From Planctomycetota bacterium (GTDB lineage Bacteria > Planctomycetota > GCA-002687715 > DRQF01), in the NCBI GenBank assembly GCA_036479435.1, contig JAZGFI010000099.1, forward strand, positions 28,569 through 92,568: a stretch of DNA of 64,000 nucleotides. Reading direction: 5' to 3'. Positions 50,114 to 60,716 of the stretch are shown here, in pieces (the stretch's first letter is position 1; every line of letters begins with the position of its first letter). Under the pieces are notes generated by a model. It was not told where the DNA came from. It did no database searches and saw only the letters and a list, made by a program, of their open reading frames with translations. The translations under genes were made by a program, and so were the position numbers.

Positions 50114-51091
50114 TCAAGGTTTGGAAGGGATCGGGCTGCCGCCCTTGCGCTTCATGACGTAGAGCGCTTCGTCGGCAAGCCGGATGATTTCATCGGGATC
50201 GATGCTGAGGTCTGGGTTGATCTCGCTGAGGCCATAGCTCAAACCGAAGGGGTAGCGGGAATCCTCGAACTCAAAGGGATTCTCGGCCAGCTCCGCTCGA
50301 ATGCGCTCCAAGATTGAGGATGCTCTTTCGCTATCCGCGTTCATGAAGAGGATGGCGAACTCATCACCACCGTAGCGACAAATGAGGTCCGTGCCGCGGC
50401 ACTCCTGCTGAAACAGCCGAGTCGCAAAACACAGGGCAGCATCGCCAGCGGGGTGTCCCGCGGTATCGTTGATTTCCTTAAAACGATCCAAGTCAATCAT
50501 CGCCAAGCTCATCAGTTCGCCGTAACGCCGGGAACGCTCGATTTCGTCCACCAGACGCTCACGGAAATGGCCGCGATTGATCAGTCCGGTCAAGACGTCA
50601 GTACGTGCCTGGGCGGTGAGCTGCTTTTGCAACGCTCTAATCCGCAGGCCCGCTTGAACCCGCGCCACAAGCTCTTCGTGGTTTTTGTCTTTGCCGAGGT
50701 AGTCGTCAGCCCCGCGGCGCAAGCCTTCAACCCGTTCGGCGGGTTCGGAGCGGCTTGAGAGGATGATGATGTAGGTGGTCGCCATCGCCGGGTCGCGGCG
50801 CAGGGCTTCGCAAAGAGAAGGGCCGTCGAGTTTTGGCATGCACCAATCGGTGACGATTAAGTCCGGCTTATGCTCTCTTGCGAGCTTGAGCCCAATCGCC
50901 CCGTCGACTGCCATCAAGACACGAATACCGTCGCACTCGAGCCGCTTGCGGACGATAATGGCGCTCGCTCGGTCGTCTTCTACGACCAGCACCAGCGGTG
51001 CCGACTCGTCAACGACCGGAATCGCGTTGGTCTTGGATGCGCGCTGGTAACTTGGTTTGGCTTTTGACATCTGCCTAGGGATATCGTCCAT
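50114..51091 (-). CDS. REC-GGDEF diguanylate cyclase
   Basis: VVEDD, IVTDWCMP, TDVLTGL, DLDRFK, I-site RGTD, YGGDEF. Confidence 0.95.
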   Translation of the reverse strand: MDDIPRQMSKAKPSYQRASKTNAIPVVDESAPLVLVVEDDRASAIIVRKRLECDGIRVLMAVDGAIGLKLAREHKPDLIVTDWCMPKLDGPSLCEALRRDPAMATTYIIILSSRSEPAERVEGLRRGADDYLGKDKNHEELVARVQAGLRIRALQKQLTAQARTDVLTGLINRGHFRERLVDEIERSRRYGELMSLAMIDLDRFKEINDTAGHPAGDAALCFATRLFQQECRGTDLICRYGGDEFAILFMNADSERASSILERIRAELAENPFEFEDSRYPFGLSYGLSEINPDLSIDPDEIIRLADEALYVMKRKGGSPIPSKP

Positions 51092-51161
51092 CGCACCACG
51101 TTCGCTTGATCGTTTCGCGAGACGCTTTGGTCGCAACTATCTGGGTTTTCACCCACATCTG

Positions 51162-51995
51162 TCAGGGCCCCAAAAACGGGGCCAGAAAACGCTCCGCAGC
51201 TCGCGCCGTCTCGACCGCGTCCGAACTTGCCCGCGACAGCTCCACACTGACCATGCCGCGATAGTCGATTTCTCGAATCGCCGCCATGACCGGCGAAAAA
51301 TCGATGTCACCCTCGCCGAAAGGCAGATGCTCGTGGACTCCCCGTTTCATGTCCTCAATAGCCATCGTCATGATTTGCCCGCGGAACTTGCGAATGGCAT
51401 CGGGAAGGCTAGATTCTTGGGTCACCATCAGGTGGCCCAGGTCAAGGGCCAGTCCAAACCGTTTGCTTGGCAAACGCTGTTTCAAGGCCGCGTAGTCCAT
51501 CAAGGTCTCTGAGAACATCCCCGGTTCGGGCTCAAAGGCGAGGTCGATGCCGAGCGACTCCGCTTCGACCAGTACTTCCTCCAGACCCAAAACGAGGAGC
51601 TCGAACGCCTCCTCCGTCGCGAGATGGTCAAAATTGTGACCCGACCAAAGGCTCACGCAGCTCGCATTGAGTTCGGCGGCAATCGCCAAGCATCTCTTCA
51701 GAAAGTCGATCCGTCGGCCGCGGTGGCGGCGCGTTAGAAGACTCGGATAGTGCTTTGTGCGACCGTCGAGGTTGAAGCGCGCGCCCGACTCAATGACCAA
51801 TTCGAACTGATGCTCGGCGAGCTTGGATTTTAGGGAATTCGTTTCCGAAGCGAGTTGTGACCCAAAGGGGTCCAAATGGTGGTTGTCCAGAGTTAAAGCC
51901 AGCCCTCGATACCCCAAATCGGCGAGGACATCTACGAGATCCAAAAGCCGATGGTGGGCAAATCCATTGCTGTTGTATCCGAGAATCCAATTCAT
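51162..51995 (-). CDS. Sugar phosphate isomerase/epimerase (xylose-isomerase-like TIM barrel)
   Basis: FEPEPGM, LDLGH, IEDM, HLPFGEGDIDF, VSVEL. Confidence 0.88.
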   Translation of the reverse strand: MNWILGYNSNGFAHHRLLDLVDVLADLGYRGLALTLDNHHLDPFGSQLASETNSLKSKLAEHQFELVIESGARFNLDGRTKHYPSLLTRRHRGRRIDFLKRCLAIAAELNASCVSLWSGHNFDHLATEEAFELLVLGLEEVLVEAESLGIDLAFEPEPGMFSETLMDYAALKQRLPSKRFGLALDLGHLMVTQESSLPDAIRKFRGQIMTMAIEDMKRGVHEHLPFGEGDIDFSPVMAAIREIDYRGMVSVELSRASSDAVETARAAERFLAPFLGP

Positions 51996-52103
51996 CTTCT
52001 CTTCCCCGAGGGTTCGGTCGTACCAAGCACCATCTGATAGCATGCCCCAGCCTAGTCCGGGAGTCGACGGGCTCCAGTCGGGCAGCTTTGGGGATTGCGG
52101 TCG

Positions 52104-53210
52104 ATGTTGACTTCATATCTGGCGCTTGCCGGCGCAATCGGAGCCGCGGCCTTTTTTTCGGGCCGGTTCTTGTTGCCCCGAGTCCACCAACGAAACTTGA
52201 GCCGTGGCCGCGTCGATGCCCCAGGAGGGCGCAAAACTCAAGCCGCGCCAGTGCCCTTTGGCGGCGGTACGGTCTTAATGGCTGGAGTCGCCATCCCTTT
52301 GGTGCTGGGCTTTGCAACCGCCCTTGCCGCGACCCTCGGAGTCGTTTCGCTACCGGAGAGCCTGGCGCCCTATGCTGATGGTGCCTTGAGCCGGTGGTTC
52401 CCCATCTCAGCTCTGGTGGTCGCCAGTGTTGGCCTCGCCGCCATGGGGCGCGTCGACGACAGCCGCGGACTCAAAGTCGGTCCCAGGTTGATCATCCAGT
52501 TTGTGCTCGCGACACTCGTCGTGCTCAGCGGAATTCGGGCCAGTCTTTTTGTGGACAGCTTTTTGTTGCAGCTAATCGTATCCGTGATGTGGTTGGTGTT
52601 CGCCACCAACGCGATGAATTTCATCGACAACATGGACGGCCTTTGCGTCGGCTCGGGCTTGGCTTCTGCGCTTGGTATCGCCACTTTGGCTCTGCTTGAC
52701 GGCCAAGTGCTCGTCATGGCGCTCGCGATCTCTTTGGCGGGCGCGCTCGCGGCGGTGTTGAGTTGGAACCGGCCTCCGGCTCGCCTGTACCTCGGAGACG
52801 AGGGCAGTCAGTTTGCGGGATTTCTGCTCGCAGCCCTCGGCTTGGCTCTGTCTTTTCAGCCCGAACAGTCGGCGACCCGAGGGTTTAGCTTTGTTCCTTT
52901 CTTCGCGCCACTGTTGTTGATGGTGATTCCAGTTGCCGACGGTGCGACGGTGATCGTGTCGCGATGCCGAAGGGGTATCCCACCTTGGACCGCGGGCCTT
53001 GACCATCTTTCTCACCGCCTCGCTCGGCGCTTGTCGAGTAAAACGAAAGCGGTGGCGATGCTATTGTCCATCGCTTTTTGGGGCGCGGCCGGGGCGGTCC
53101 TGGTCGTCAACGGGTCCCCGCCCCACTTAGCCGCCGCCGCCCTGCTCGCGGCGGTTGGTGCGGCCGTGGTCATATTCCTGTCAACGGGTCCAAGACGATC
53201 CAGACCATGA
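52104..53210 (+). CDS. MraY/WecA-family polyprenyl-phosphate HexNAc-1-P transferase
   Basis: GRVDD, NAMNFIDNMDGL, WNRPPARLYLGDEGS, DHLSHRL. Confidence 0.92.
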   Translation: MLTSYLALAGAIGAAAFFSGRFLLPRVHQRNLSRGRVDAPGGRKTQAAPVPFGGGTVLMAGVAIPLVLGFATALAATLGVVSLPESLAPYADGALSRWFPISALVVASVGLAAMGRVDDSRGLKVGPRLIIQFVLATLVVLSGIRASLFVDSFLLQLIVSVMWLVFATNAMNFIDNMDGLCVGSGLASALGIATLALLDGQVLVMALAISLAGALAAVLSWNRPPARLYLGDEGSQFAGFLLAALGLALSFQPEQSATRGFSFVPFFAPLLLMVIPVADGATVIVSRCRRGIPPWTAGLDHLSHRLARRLSSKTKAVAMLLSIAFWGAAGAVLVVNGSPPHLAAAALLAAVGAAVVIFLSTGPRRSRP

Positions 53211-55093
53211 CCGACGCCAACTCGGGGGCCAAACTCGAAGCCATCGGATTCGCTTTGGTGGTCACCGGCCTTTTTGCTCGCGTCTTTTTCTCCGTGAGTA
53301 CCGCCAGTCCCAATCAGCGAAACCTCGTCATTCTTTTATGCCTAGGGGGTGCGGCGATCTTGGCTTTGGCCAGCGCCCAAGCGGGCAAAAAGCCGGCCTT
53401 ATTGCGCAGCCCACTCGGCATGGCCGCCTTGGTCCTCATGACCGTCGTGACGCTCTTGAGTCCCTATGAGGCCGAAAGCCTACACGGCCTTTTGGAGCGC
53501 TTCGGCTTGCTGCTCGCGGCGGTTTTTTTGCCCGACACGCTGTTTGATCCACGGCGACGAGCGCAACTCTTGGCGTCGGTTTTAGGGGCCGTGCTGTTGA
53601 CTTTGGCCCTGGGTCTCGCCCAAACGACTTACCTCTTCGATGTCCTTCGCGAGTTGGCCCCGGCCCAAAGCGCGAGACCGGATCTGTTGCCATTCCTCGA
53701 ATCCAACCGCGCGCGGGGGACCTACGGGCAAGCCAACGCCTTCGCGGGGGCGATCGCCATGTGCCTTCCCTTTGTTGTGGTTTGGTACCTCAGTGATCCA
53801 GCTCGTTCGGGCCGGCGCCGGGCCATCATTTGCTTAGCGGTAATGGCTTGCGCCCTTTGGGCCAGTGCGTCGCGAGGAGGGACTTGGGCTTGTCTCTGTG
53901 GGCTCGGGGCCCTGGCCTTGAATAAGCCCGGGCCGGAACGCTGGGCCCCCAAGTCGCAGATCAGCCGCTTCGTTCTTTGGATCGCCGCTTTAGGGGCGGG
54001 AGGCGGCCTATTGGTCTGGGGCCTGGTGATGACCGGGATTTGGGATCTCGAAGGGTCGTCCTTTTTTCAGACTCTCGACTTTCGCCGCGACTATGCGGCA
54101 ATGGCCAGCCGCGCATTCTTGGATCGGCCCGGTGCCGGTCAAGGGTTTTTGATGCTGGGTGAGGTGGCAGCCAGATTTCAGCGCGAAGGCGAGGCCTTCA
54201 GTCGGCTCGCCCACAACGGTTACCTCAGCACGGTGGCCGAAACGGGCTTCATCGGCCTGTTGGGATTGCTGCTGTTGGTTGTCGCCGGTTTGAAGCGGCG
54301 GGAGGCGCCCGAAGGCGCGATCCCGGTCGGCTCTCCCCCCAGCCTGTGGTTGCCATTGGCCGGCGGGCTAGCTCTGAGTGCCTGGGGCGGAGATCTGCTG
54401 TTCTTCGTGGGCGTCGATGGCGCCTTACACCGCCCCTTGAATGGGCTTTTGGTTCTGGGCCTAGGTGCCCTTTGCGTCGGCTTTGTGGGATTGCCGGCGG
54501 CAAAATGCCTGTTGGCCGCGCCCAAGGCTCTGTCTGCCGCGGCGCGAGCTTCCGCGATTGCGTTTTTGGCTCATGCCCTCGTGGACACGCACTTTTACAA
54601 CCTCAATCTCCTCGCCCTGTTGGTGTTGCTTCAGATCGTGGCCTTCCAAAGCCACCGCCCGTCGCGGGGTTCTCCCCTTCTAAGCTCAGCGCTCGCAGTT
54701 GGAATCTTGGCCTTAGCCCTGGTCTGGCTGAATATCAGCGCGCCCTACGTTAAGTCCGCCCCTCTCCTCGCTCGAGAGCGAGCGGCCAGTGGCACCCCGC
54801 TTCCCGGGAAACTTCGGGCCACCATCACCCGCCAGGCCCTCGAGGCCGCCGAGCACGATCCCTTCCACCTCGATTCCCTTGGCCGAGCGGTCGATGCTCT
54901 CGCCCTGAGCCGCAACCCTGACGCCATCCGGCGCGCTTACGCACTGTGTGAGCGAAGAGCCACCATTCTCGAACGACTGCCCGCCTACCGCCGCCGTTAT
55001 CACGCGCTCGCCTGGGCCGTTCGTAGTATGAGCCTCCCTGACGTCGCGATGAACTCTGAGTTTTTCCGGGAGTTCGAGCGTCGATACCGATGA
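53207..55093 (+). CDS. O-antigen ligase (Wzy_C) family membrane protein
   Basis: RARGTYGQANAFAG, SASRGG, GQG, AHNGYL...ETGFIG, HALVD; ATGA overlap with the upstream gene. Confidence 0.85.
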   Translation: MTDANSGAKLEAIGFALVVTGLFARVFFSVSTASPNQRNLVILLCLGGAAILALASAQAGKKPALLRSPLGMAALVLMTVVTLLSPYEAESLHGLLERFGLLLAAVFLPDTLFDPRRRAQLLASVLGAVLLTLALGLAQTTYLFDVLRELAPAQSARPDLLPFLESNRARGTYGQANAFAGAIAMCLPFVVVWYLSDPARSGRRRAIICLAVMACALWASASRGGTWACLCGLGALALNKPGPERWAPKSQISRFVLWIAALGAGGGLLVWGLVMTGIWDLEGSSFFQTLDFRRDYAAMASRAFLDRPGAGQGFLMLGEVAARFQREGEAFSRLAHNGYLSTVAETGFIGLLGLLLLVVAGLKRREAPEGAIPVGSPPSLWLPLAGGLALSAWGGDLLFFVGVDGALHRPLNGLLVLGLGALCVGFVGLPAAKCLLAAPKALSAAARASAIAFLAHALVDTHFYNLNLLALLVLLQIVAFQSHRPSRGSPLLSSALAVGILALALVWLNISAPYVKSAPLLARERAASGTPLPGKLRATITRQALEAAEHDPFHLDSLGRAVDALALSRNPDAIRRAYALCERRATILERLPAYRRRYHALAWAVRSMSLPDVAMNSEFFREFERRYR

Positions 55094-55207
55094 GGCGTGC
55101 TTGGGCTGCCCGCGCTTGGCGAGCGAGGAACAAGGGCGCTTCCCGATTGAGTTTTTCCCGGCGAAATGCGTAAGATTCCCCACCTCATCTACTCGCGAGA
55201 GAAAGTC

Positions 55208-56284
55208 ATGACCGCCCACCAACCGCGCCTGTTTATTCCCGGACCTACGGAGGTCTTTCCCGAAGTCCTGGCCCAGTACTCCCGCCCGGTCATCTCCCAC
55301 CGAGGGCCCGAGATTGGCGAGATTACCCGCGATGTTTTCGACAAACTGCGAATCCTCTTTCGCACCGAGCACGAATGCTACGTGGCCCTATCGGCCGCAA
55401 CGGGCTTGATGGAGGGCGCGGTGCGCAACCTGGTGAAGAAGCGCTTGTTGTCCACGGTCTGCGGGGCCTTCAGTGCCCGTCAGCACACCGTCGCCAATAA
55501 GTGCGGGATTCCGGTCGACGCCCTCGAAGTTCCCTTTGGCAAGCACATCGAGCCGGCCGAAATTGACAAGGCCTTGAGCACGGGCAAGTACGATGTGGTC
55601 ACGGTCGTCCACAGCGAGACCAGCACCGGCACTCTGAATCCAATCGCCGAAATCGGCGCCGTCGTCAAAAAGTACGACGATGTCTTGTTTGTCGTTGACT
55701 GCGTCAGCTCCTTGGGAGGCGCACAACTTGAGGTCGACGCCTGGGGTATTGACTTAGCCTTCGCTGGCACTCAAAAGTGCATCGCTCTTTCGCCCGGATT
55801 AACCGTCTTCGCGGTCAGCCCGCGCGCGATGGAACGCTGTGCGTCCATCGAAAATCGTGGCCACTACTTCGACTTTCTCAATTACCGAAAGATGGCGAAA
55901 CGCGGACAGTGTCCGGCGACGACCGGCATCTCTTTGCTCTACGGACTTCAATTCCAGCTCGGGCGCATCGCGACCGAAACGATGGAGGCCCGTTGGCAGC
56001 GTCACCTCGACATGGCGAAACTCGTTCGGGGTCATCTCAATGAACGCTTCCGCATGTTCCCGGAACCGGAATTCGCCACGCCCACCGAGACCGTCTACTA
56101 CGGTGACGGCCTCGGCATCGCGGCTTTGATAAGCGCCGTGCAAGAACGGGGCATGTTGTTCGGCAACGGATACGGCCCCATGAAGGGCGAAAACTTCCGT
56201 ATCGGTCACATGGGAGATCTCCAGGTATCCCACCTCGAACACTTCCTTGCAGTCTTTGACGAAGAGTTGGCCAAGCTCAAATAA
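55208..56284 (+). CDS. Class V PLP aminotransferase (alanine-glyoxylate/serine-pyruvate family)
   Basis: FIPGPT, HSETSTG, VDCVSSLGG, GTQK, FRIGHMG. Confidence 0.93.
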   Translation: MTAHQPRLFIPGPTEVFPEVLAQYSRPVISHRGPEIGEITRDVFDKLRILFRTEHECYVALSAATGLMEGAVRNLVKKRLLSTVCGAFSARQHTVANKCGIPVDALEVPFGKHIEPAEIDKALSTGKYDVVTVVHSETSTGTLNPIAEIGAVVKKYDDVLFVVDCVSSLGGAQLEVDAWGIDLAFAGTQKCIALSPGLTVFAVSPRAMERCASIENRGHYFDFLNYRKMAKRGQCPATTGISLLYGLQFQLGRIATETMEARWQRHLDMAKLVRGHLNERFRMFPEPEFATPTETVYYGDGLGIAALISAVQERGMLFGNGYGPMKGENFRIGHMGDLQVSHLEHFLAVFDEELAKLK

Positions 56285-56344
56285 GATCAGCCCTCAAGAG
56301 TCACTTGAGGGCTGTCTTCCGCATCCGTCGCAGTCATTTGGGGC

Positions 56345-56917
56345 CTATTGGTTTTCGTAGCCGGTGTACCCACGGAACTTCTGGGTCCAACCTTGGAGTT
56401 GGCGGGCCTCCCGGTCGAAGGCGTTGTCCCACAGATCGCTGTCGATCGCTTGCGTCTTGTAGACGAAGTCGTCGCTCTCGAGGTCCGCAACGCGCCAAGC
56501 CTTAACGGCTTTGGTGATGAGCCTCTTGAATTCCGATTCGCTTCCCGTCTTGCGGATGGTGAGGGCCTTGGCTCGAGTCTTGATGGCCGCGGCCATGTCA
56601 GACTCGATCTTTCGCCACAGACTCATGTCGACTTTCTTGCGCAAGGCCCGCCATTCGGATCGAGTCTTGCCGTTGATGAGCTTGCCGGCTTTTTTGACCG
56701 GCGTCTTCGGGGTTTTATTGGCCGTCGCCGTATCCTTCTTCGAGTTCTCCGCCTGACGGTTGTCGGTTGGCGTCTCCTCATCGTCCCCGGAACCCATCAC
56801 GGCGAAGGCCACGATCACCGCCAGCAACACAATACCGCCGATGACAAAGGGAAAGGGATTGGACTTCGCTTTGACCTGGCGGCCGCGGCGGCTCGAATTC
56901 GTCTGGCGCTTTGCCAT
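56345..56917 (-). CDS. Membrane-anchored hypothetical protein
   Basis: AGGAG SD; basic N-terminus followed by TM FVIGGIVLLAVIVAFAVM. Confidence 0.7.
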   Translation of the reverse strand: MAKRQTNSSRRGRQVKAKSNPFPFVIGGIVLLAVIVAFAVMGSGDDEETPTDNRQAENSKKDTATANKTPKTPVKKAGKLINGKTRSEWRALRKKVDMSLWRKIESDMAAAIKTRAKALTIRKTGSESEFKRLITKAVKAWRVADLESDDFVYKTQAIDSDLWDNAFDREARQLQGWTQKFRGYTGYENQ

Positions 56918-57051
56918 GGATGGGGCTCCTGCTCTTGTCGCAAATCGGCGCGGCCGATGGCCGCAAAGGACGCGCACTCTATCGACGCCGCCGGGTCAGC
57001 ACCAAGTTGCGGGCCTTTTTCGGGTTTGACGCAGTGTCTAGGTTGGAGGCA

Positions 57052-58437
57052 CTAGTTTTGGAGTTCGAGCCGAGCGGCGTAGCCGCCGTCTTGGCCTTCT
57101 CCGTCGGGAAAGCCGCGGATTTCGCTCACAAGCCGCCACTCAGACCGAGTTTCCAAACAGGACGCAATCAGCCCCTCGTTCTCAGGGAGCAAGACGCTGC
57201 AGGTTGAATAGATGATACGGGCGGGCTTCCCGGCTGCGGCTAACTGGTCCATCGCGCTGTCCAACAAGGTCGATTGGAGCCGGCGCAGATTGGCCAAGGA
57301 CGCCGGATTGAGGCGGTGTCGAGCGAGCGGGCGACGGTCCAAGACTCCCGAATTTGAGCAAGGAACGTCGAGCAACAGAGCCCCAAACTCAAGGTCTTTC
57401 AGAGCCCCCACCCCGCCCTGGTGAAGCTGGGCCTCCAAATTGTTCAAGTCGAGACGCTTGGCATTCTGGCGAATGCGCTTCAAGCCCAATTCATCCATCG
57501 ACCAGGCGATCACGCGGCCCCCGGTCGGGCTCAATTTCTCCGCCATCTGTGCTGCTTTGCCGCCCGGCGCTCCGCAGAGATCCGCCACGGTCTCCCCTGC
57601 CTGGGGATCGACGAGTTCGGCCACGCGCGCGGCGAAGCTCCCCTGCACGGAACAGCGCCCCTCCCTGAGGCCGGCAAAGCTGAGAGGGTCGCCCCAAGAT
57701 TCACACAGAACGATCTCCGCGGGATGATCCGCCACTTGGCGAGCGGAATGCCCGGCGGCGCTAAGTTCTCCGAGAAGAGCCTCGCCACCTCCACCACCCG
57801 CGCGCGGTCGCAAGGAAATGAGTGGTCGGGCTTGCGCCGCCTCCACCAAGGCTCCAGCGCGCTCTGATCCCAACTGAGCCTCAAGCAGGATCAAGGCTTC
57901 GGGCTCAAACCCCATTTGAAACGCACGGTAAACCAAAGACTGCCGTTGGGGATCGGGAAAGACGGGGCGCGCGAATTTCCAGGACCGGCCGGGAGGAGAA
58001 AAATGGGCCCGATCTGGATGGTCGCCATCCTTCGATTCGCGAACCCCAAGTTCTCGGGTGAGGGTCCGCAGTACCGCATTCACAAAGCCGCGCGCCTTTT
58101 TGGATCTCAAGCTCGAGACCGCACAGTCGACCACGGCGTGGGTTGGAATCCGGTCCAAAAACAGCAGCTGGTAAAGGGCTAGCTCAAGGACGCGTCGTGA
58201 ATCATCGGGGGTATTCGCAATCCCCGCCCCCACATAGGCATTCAGAATCCGATCGAGCGTAGCGCGCCAACGACACACGCCGTTCACAAGTTCGAGGAAC
58301 AGGCCGCGATCGCGCCCGTCGAGGCCCCGGGTCGCGTCGCGTTGGGAGGCGTAGTCAACCTGTCCCGATTCGATCTTTCGCAAAGCTCGCAAGGCCAGCT
58401 GACGACTGTCGGCGCTTGATGGTTCAGTCCGACTCAT
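57052..58437 (-). CDS. rsmB: 16S rRNA m5C methyltransferase RsmB/Sun
   Basis: NusB-like N-terminus (ELVNGVCRW, FVNAVLR); DLCGAPGGK, DVPCSNSG, YSTCS; downstream of fmt. Confidence 0.88.
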   Translation of the reverse strand: MSRTEPSSADSRQLALRALRKIESGQVDYASQRDATRGLDGRDRGLFLELVNGVCRWRATLDRILNAYVGAGIANTPDDSRRVLELALYQLLFLDRIPTHAVVDCAVSSLRSKKARGFVNAVLRTLTRELGVRESKDGDHPDRAHFSPPGRSWKFARPVFPDPQRQSLVYRAFQMGFEPEALILLEAQLGSERAGALVEAAQARPLISLRPRAGGGGGEALLGELSAAGHSARQVADHPAEIVLCESWGDPLSFAGLREGRCSVQGSFAARVAELVDPQAGETVADLCGAPGGKAAQMAEKLSPTGGRVIAWSMDELGLKRIRQNAKRLDLNNLEAQLHQGGVGALKDLEFGALLLDVPCSNSGVLDRRPLARHRLNPASLANLRRLQSTLLDSAMDQLAAAGKPARIIYSTCSVLLPENEGLIASCLETRSEWRLVSEIRGFPDGEGQDGGYAARLELQN

Positions 58438-59401
58438 GGGAATCCTCACTGCTTTTCGGAATTGAGAAATGGCAGTCGGAACTCAGCCGAGCGCCATTCA
58501 GAAAATCTCGCGTCGCCATGGGGCGACGCCCCGGAGGCTTGACCTGCAAAAGTTCCAGCACTCCCGAACCGCAGAGCACCCTAATGGCTGCGCCCTTTGC
58601 TTCAAGAATTCGGCCCGGTTCACCTTCGTGTTGCTCATCTTGGGGAAGGCACTCCAAGACCTTGAGGCGATGAGGGTCATCGCCCGAGATCAGATCCGCA
58701 TAGGCGCCCGGCCAAGGATTGTAGGCTCGTACTTGGCGATCCAATTCGAAGGCCGACCGCCGAAAATCCAGTTGACCATCGGTTTTGCTCATGAGCCCGG
58801 CGTAGGTCGCGGCCATCGCCTGTTGGGGTTCGAAGACGAAGTCTCCCACTTCCAAGGCGTCCAAAGCTTCCACGATGAGCTTGCCGCCAAGCGGCGCCAA
58901 GCGATCGTGAAGTTCGCCAGCGGTCTCTCGGGGGTTTGCAGGTAAAGCAGCACGGAGGCCAATGGGGCCGGTGTCTAGGCCCTCATCCATCCGCATGATC
59001 GTTACGCCTACTTCGAGATCGTTGTGCAGAATCTGAGCGTTGATGGGCGAGGCTCCGCGGTGGCGAGGCAACAAGGAGGCGTGAACGTTGAGGCAACCAT
59101 GGCGGGGAAGAGCCAAGAACAGGGGTCGCAAGATCTGGCCGAAGGCCACCACCACCACGACATCTGGTTTAGCCTCTACAACTCGTGCTCGCGCCGAACG
59201 TGTATTGATTTTTTCGGGCTGAAAGACCTCAATGCCGAATTTTTCGGCCAGGGCCTTGACGGGAGGAGCCTGAAGTTTCTTGCCCCGACCCGCGCGACGA
59301 TCCGGCTGCGTCACCACGAGCGCCAACTCGTGCTCGCTCGCGACCAGGCACTCCAAGGCGGCACTGGCAAACTCGGGTGTTCCCATAAAGACGATGCGCA
59401 T
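58424..59401 (-). CDS. fmt: Methionyl-tRNA formyltransferase
   Basis: MRIVFMGTPEFA, TQPDRRAGRG, NVHASLLPRHRGASPI, LDTGP, RAYNPWPG. Confidence 0.97.
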   Translation of the reverse strand: MRIVFMGTPEFASAALECLVASEHELALVVTQPDRRAGRGKKLQAPPVKALAEKFGIEVFQPEKINTRSARARVVEAKPDVVVVVAFGQILRPLFLALPRHGCLNVHASLLPRHRGASPINAQILHNDLEVGVTIMRMDEGLDTGPIGLRAALPANPRETAGELHDRLAPLGGKLIVEALDALEVGDFVFEPQQAMAATYAGLMSKTDGQLDFRRSAFELDRQVRAYNPWPGAYADLISGDDPHRLKVLECLPQDEQHEGEPGRILEAKGAAIRVLCGSGVLELLQVKPPGRRPMATRDFLNGARLSSDCHFSIPKSSEDSHESD

Positions 59402-59459
59402 GACGGTTTTTAGCCAGTCCGCGCCCGCCACGAAAGCCCACTCGACTCCGCGCGGCCAA

Positions 59460-60716
59460 TCACTTGGTCTTCTGAAATTCCCTTTGGGCTCGACGTCTAA
59501 CCTTGGTCTTGGGGAACTCGGCCTTGAGTCGCTTCAAGAGTTCTGCCACGCGAGAGTCGTCCCCAGCTTTCTTGGCCTTTCGGGCCTCCGCATACAATTC
59601 AGCGGCCTGGGTCTCTTTTTCGTGAGCGGCGATAATGGCGCCAGCTTTTTCGTGCTTACGTAGGGCTTCCAAACGTACTGCGGCTCGCTTAGCCGTGGGA
59701 AGATCGCCGCCTCGGTCTCTTATTTGCAGCAAGGTGCGTACCGCTTCCGCCAAACGTTTCCTCACAAAGGCCTTTTCTGCCCTCTCAAACAACTTTTGGA
59801 GGCCCCGATCCTTTTTGAGGTCGCGCATGGCTTTTCGACCTTCAGCGGTCTTGGCCATCTTCTTGAGGGTTGATTTCGCCAAGGCGCCCGCGTCGGAGTC
59901 GCCCAGCTGATTCACTAGCTTCTCGAGCCTGGAAAGCGATGCAAAGTGATGACCTTCAGTGAACTCCTTCACCGCGGTCGCGATCGTGTTTCTTGAACCC
60001 TCTTCGGATCTTGCTCTGAGGGTGGCCACACGCTTCGCCAACACCGATTTCTTGGGGAGTTTCGAAAGGCCTTGCAGGGCTGCAAGGGAGGCCGCGTATT
60101 GATCCTTGGAGAGGAAATTGCGGCTTCGCGTGATCGCGAGGCGATAGCTCTTGAGTTCGGAGCGACTCAAGCCCCGTCCCACTGCGCGTAGCACCTTTTT
60201 GAAGGCGGTATCGAAAAGACCGGAACTAGTCTCGTCTTCGAGCTTGACGACTATTTCGAGGTCGGGCTTGCAGAAAACGGCGTTCGGAACCTTCATCGTC
60301 GAGCCGCTAAACAACTTCCTATAGGCGTCGCGATGATGCGCCTGATGAGTCCGGCAAGGCACGCTTCCATAGCGCGTGCAGTAGGTTCCTTTTTTGTTGC
60401 GCTTTTCGGGATGGTCTTCAGTCGCACAGATGATGGCCACAACTTTTTTGAAGTGCTTGACGATCTTGCTGTCCTTTAGGACATCGTTGTAGATACGCTC
60501 GCAGCTCGCCTCGTTGTCCTGCATGACCAAGATCACGATGGGGACGTTGCGCAAAGAGGCCTCTTCGATGGCCTTTTTGAAGGAGCCGCGGAACCAGGCA
60601 AGTTTCGGCTCCGCCGTGCTTGTAGGATCGGCTTCGGCGCGCGAAGGCTCGGGCGTGGAACTCACGAAGGTGATGAGAACCAGGAGCCACAGGGCGCAGA
60701 GAAAAAGGCCGCGCAT
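59460..60716 (-). CDS. Secreted thioredoxin-like + helical-repeat protein
   Basis: Signal peptide; WFRGSFKKAIEEA...NVPIVI...EASC; helical C-terminal repeats. Confidence 0.65.
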   Translation of the reverse strand: MRGLFLCALWLLVLITFVSSTPEPSRAEADPTSTAEPKLAWFRGSFKKAIEEASLRNVPIVILVMQDNEASCERIYNDVLKDSKIVKHFKKVVAIICATEDHPEKRNKKGTYCTRYGSVPCRTHQAHHRDAYRKLFSGSTMKVPNAVFCKPDLEIVVKLEDETSSGLFDTAFKKVLRAVGRGLSRSELKSYRLAITRSRNFLSKDQYAASLAALQGLSKLPKKSVLAKRVATLRARSEEGSRNTIATAVKEFTEGHHFASLSRLEKLVNQLGDSDAGALAKSTLKKMAKTAEGRKAMRDLKKDRGLQKLFERAEKAFVRKRLAEAVRTLLQIRDRGGDLPTAKRAAVRLEALRKHEKAGAIIAAHEKETQAAELYAEARKAKKAGDDSRVAELLKRLKAEFPKTKVRRRAQREFQKTK

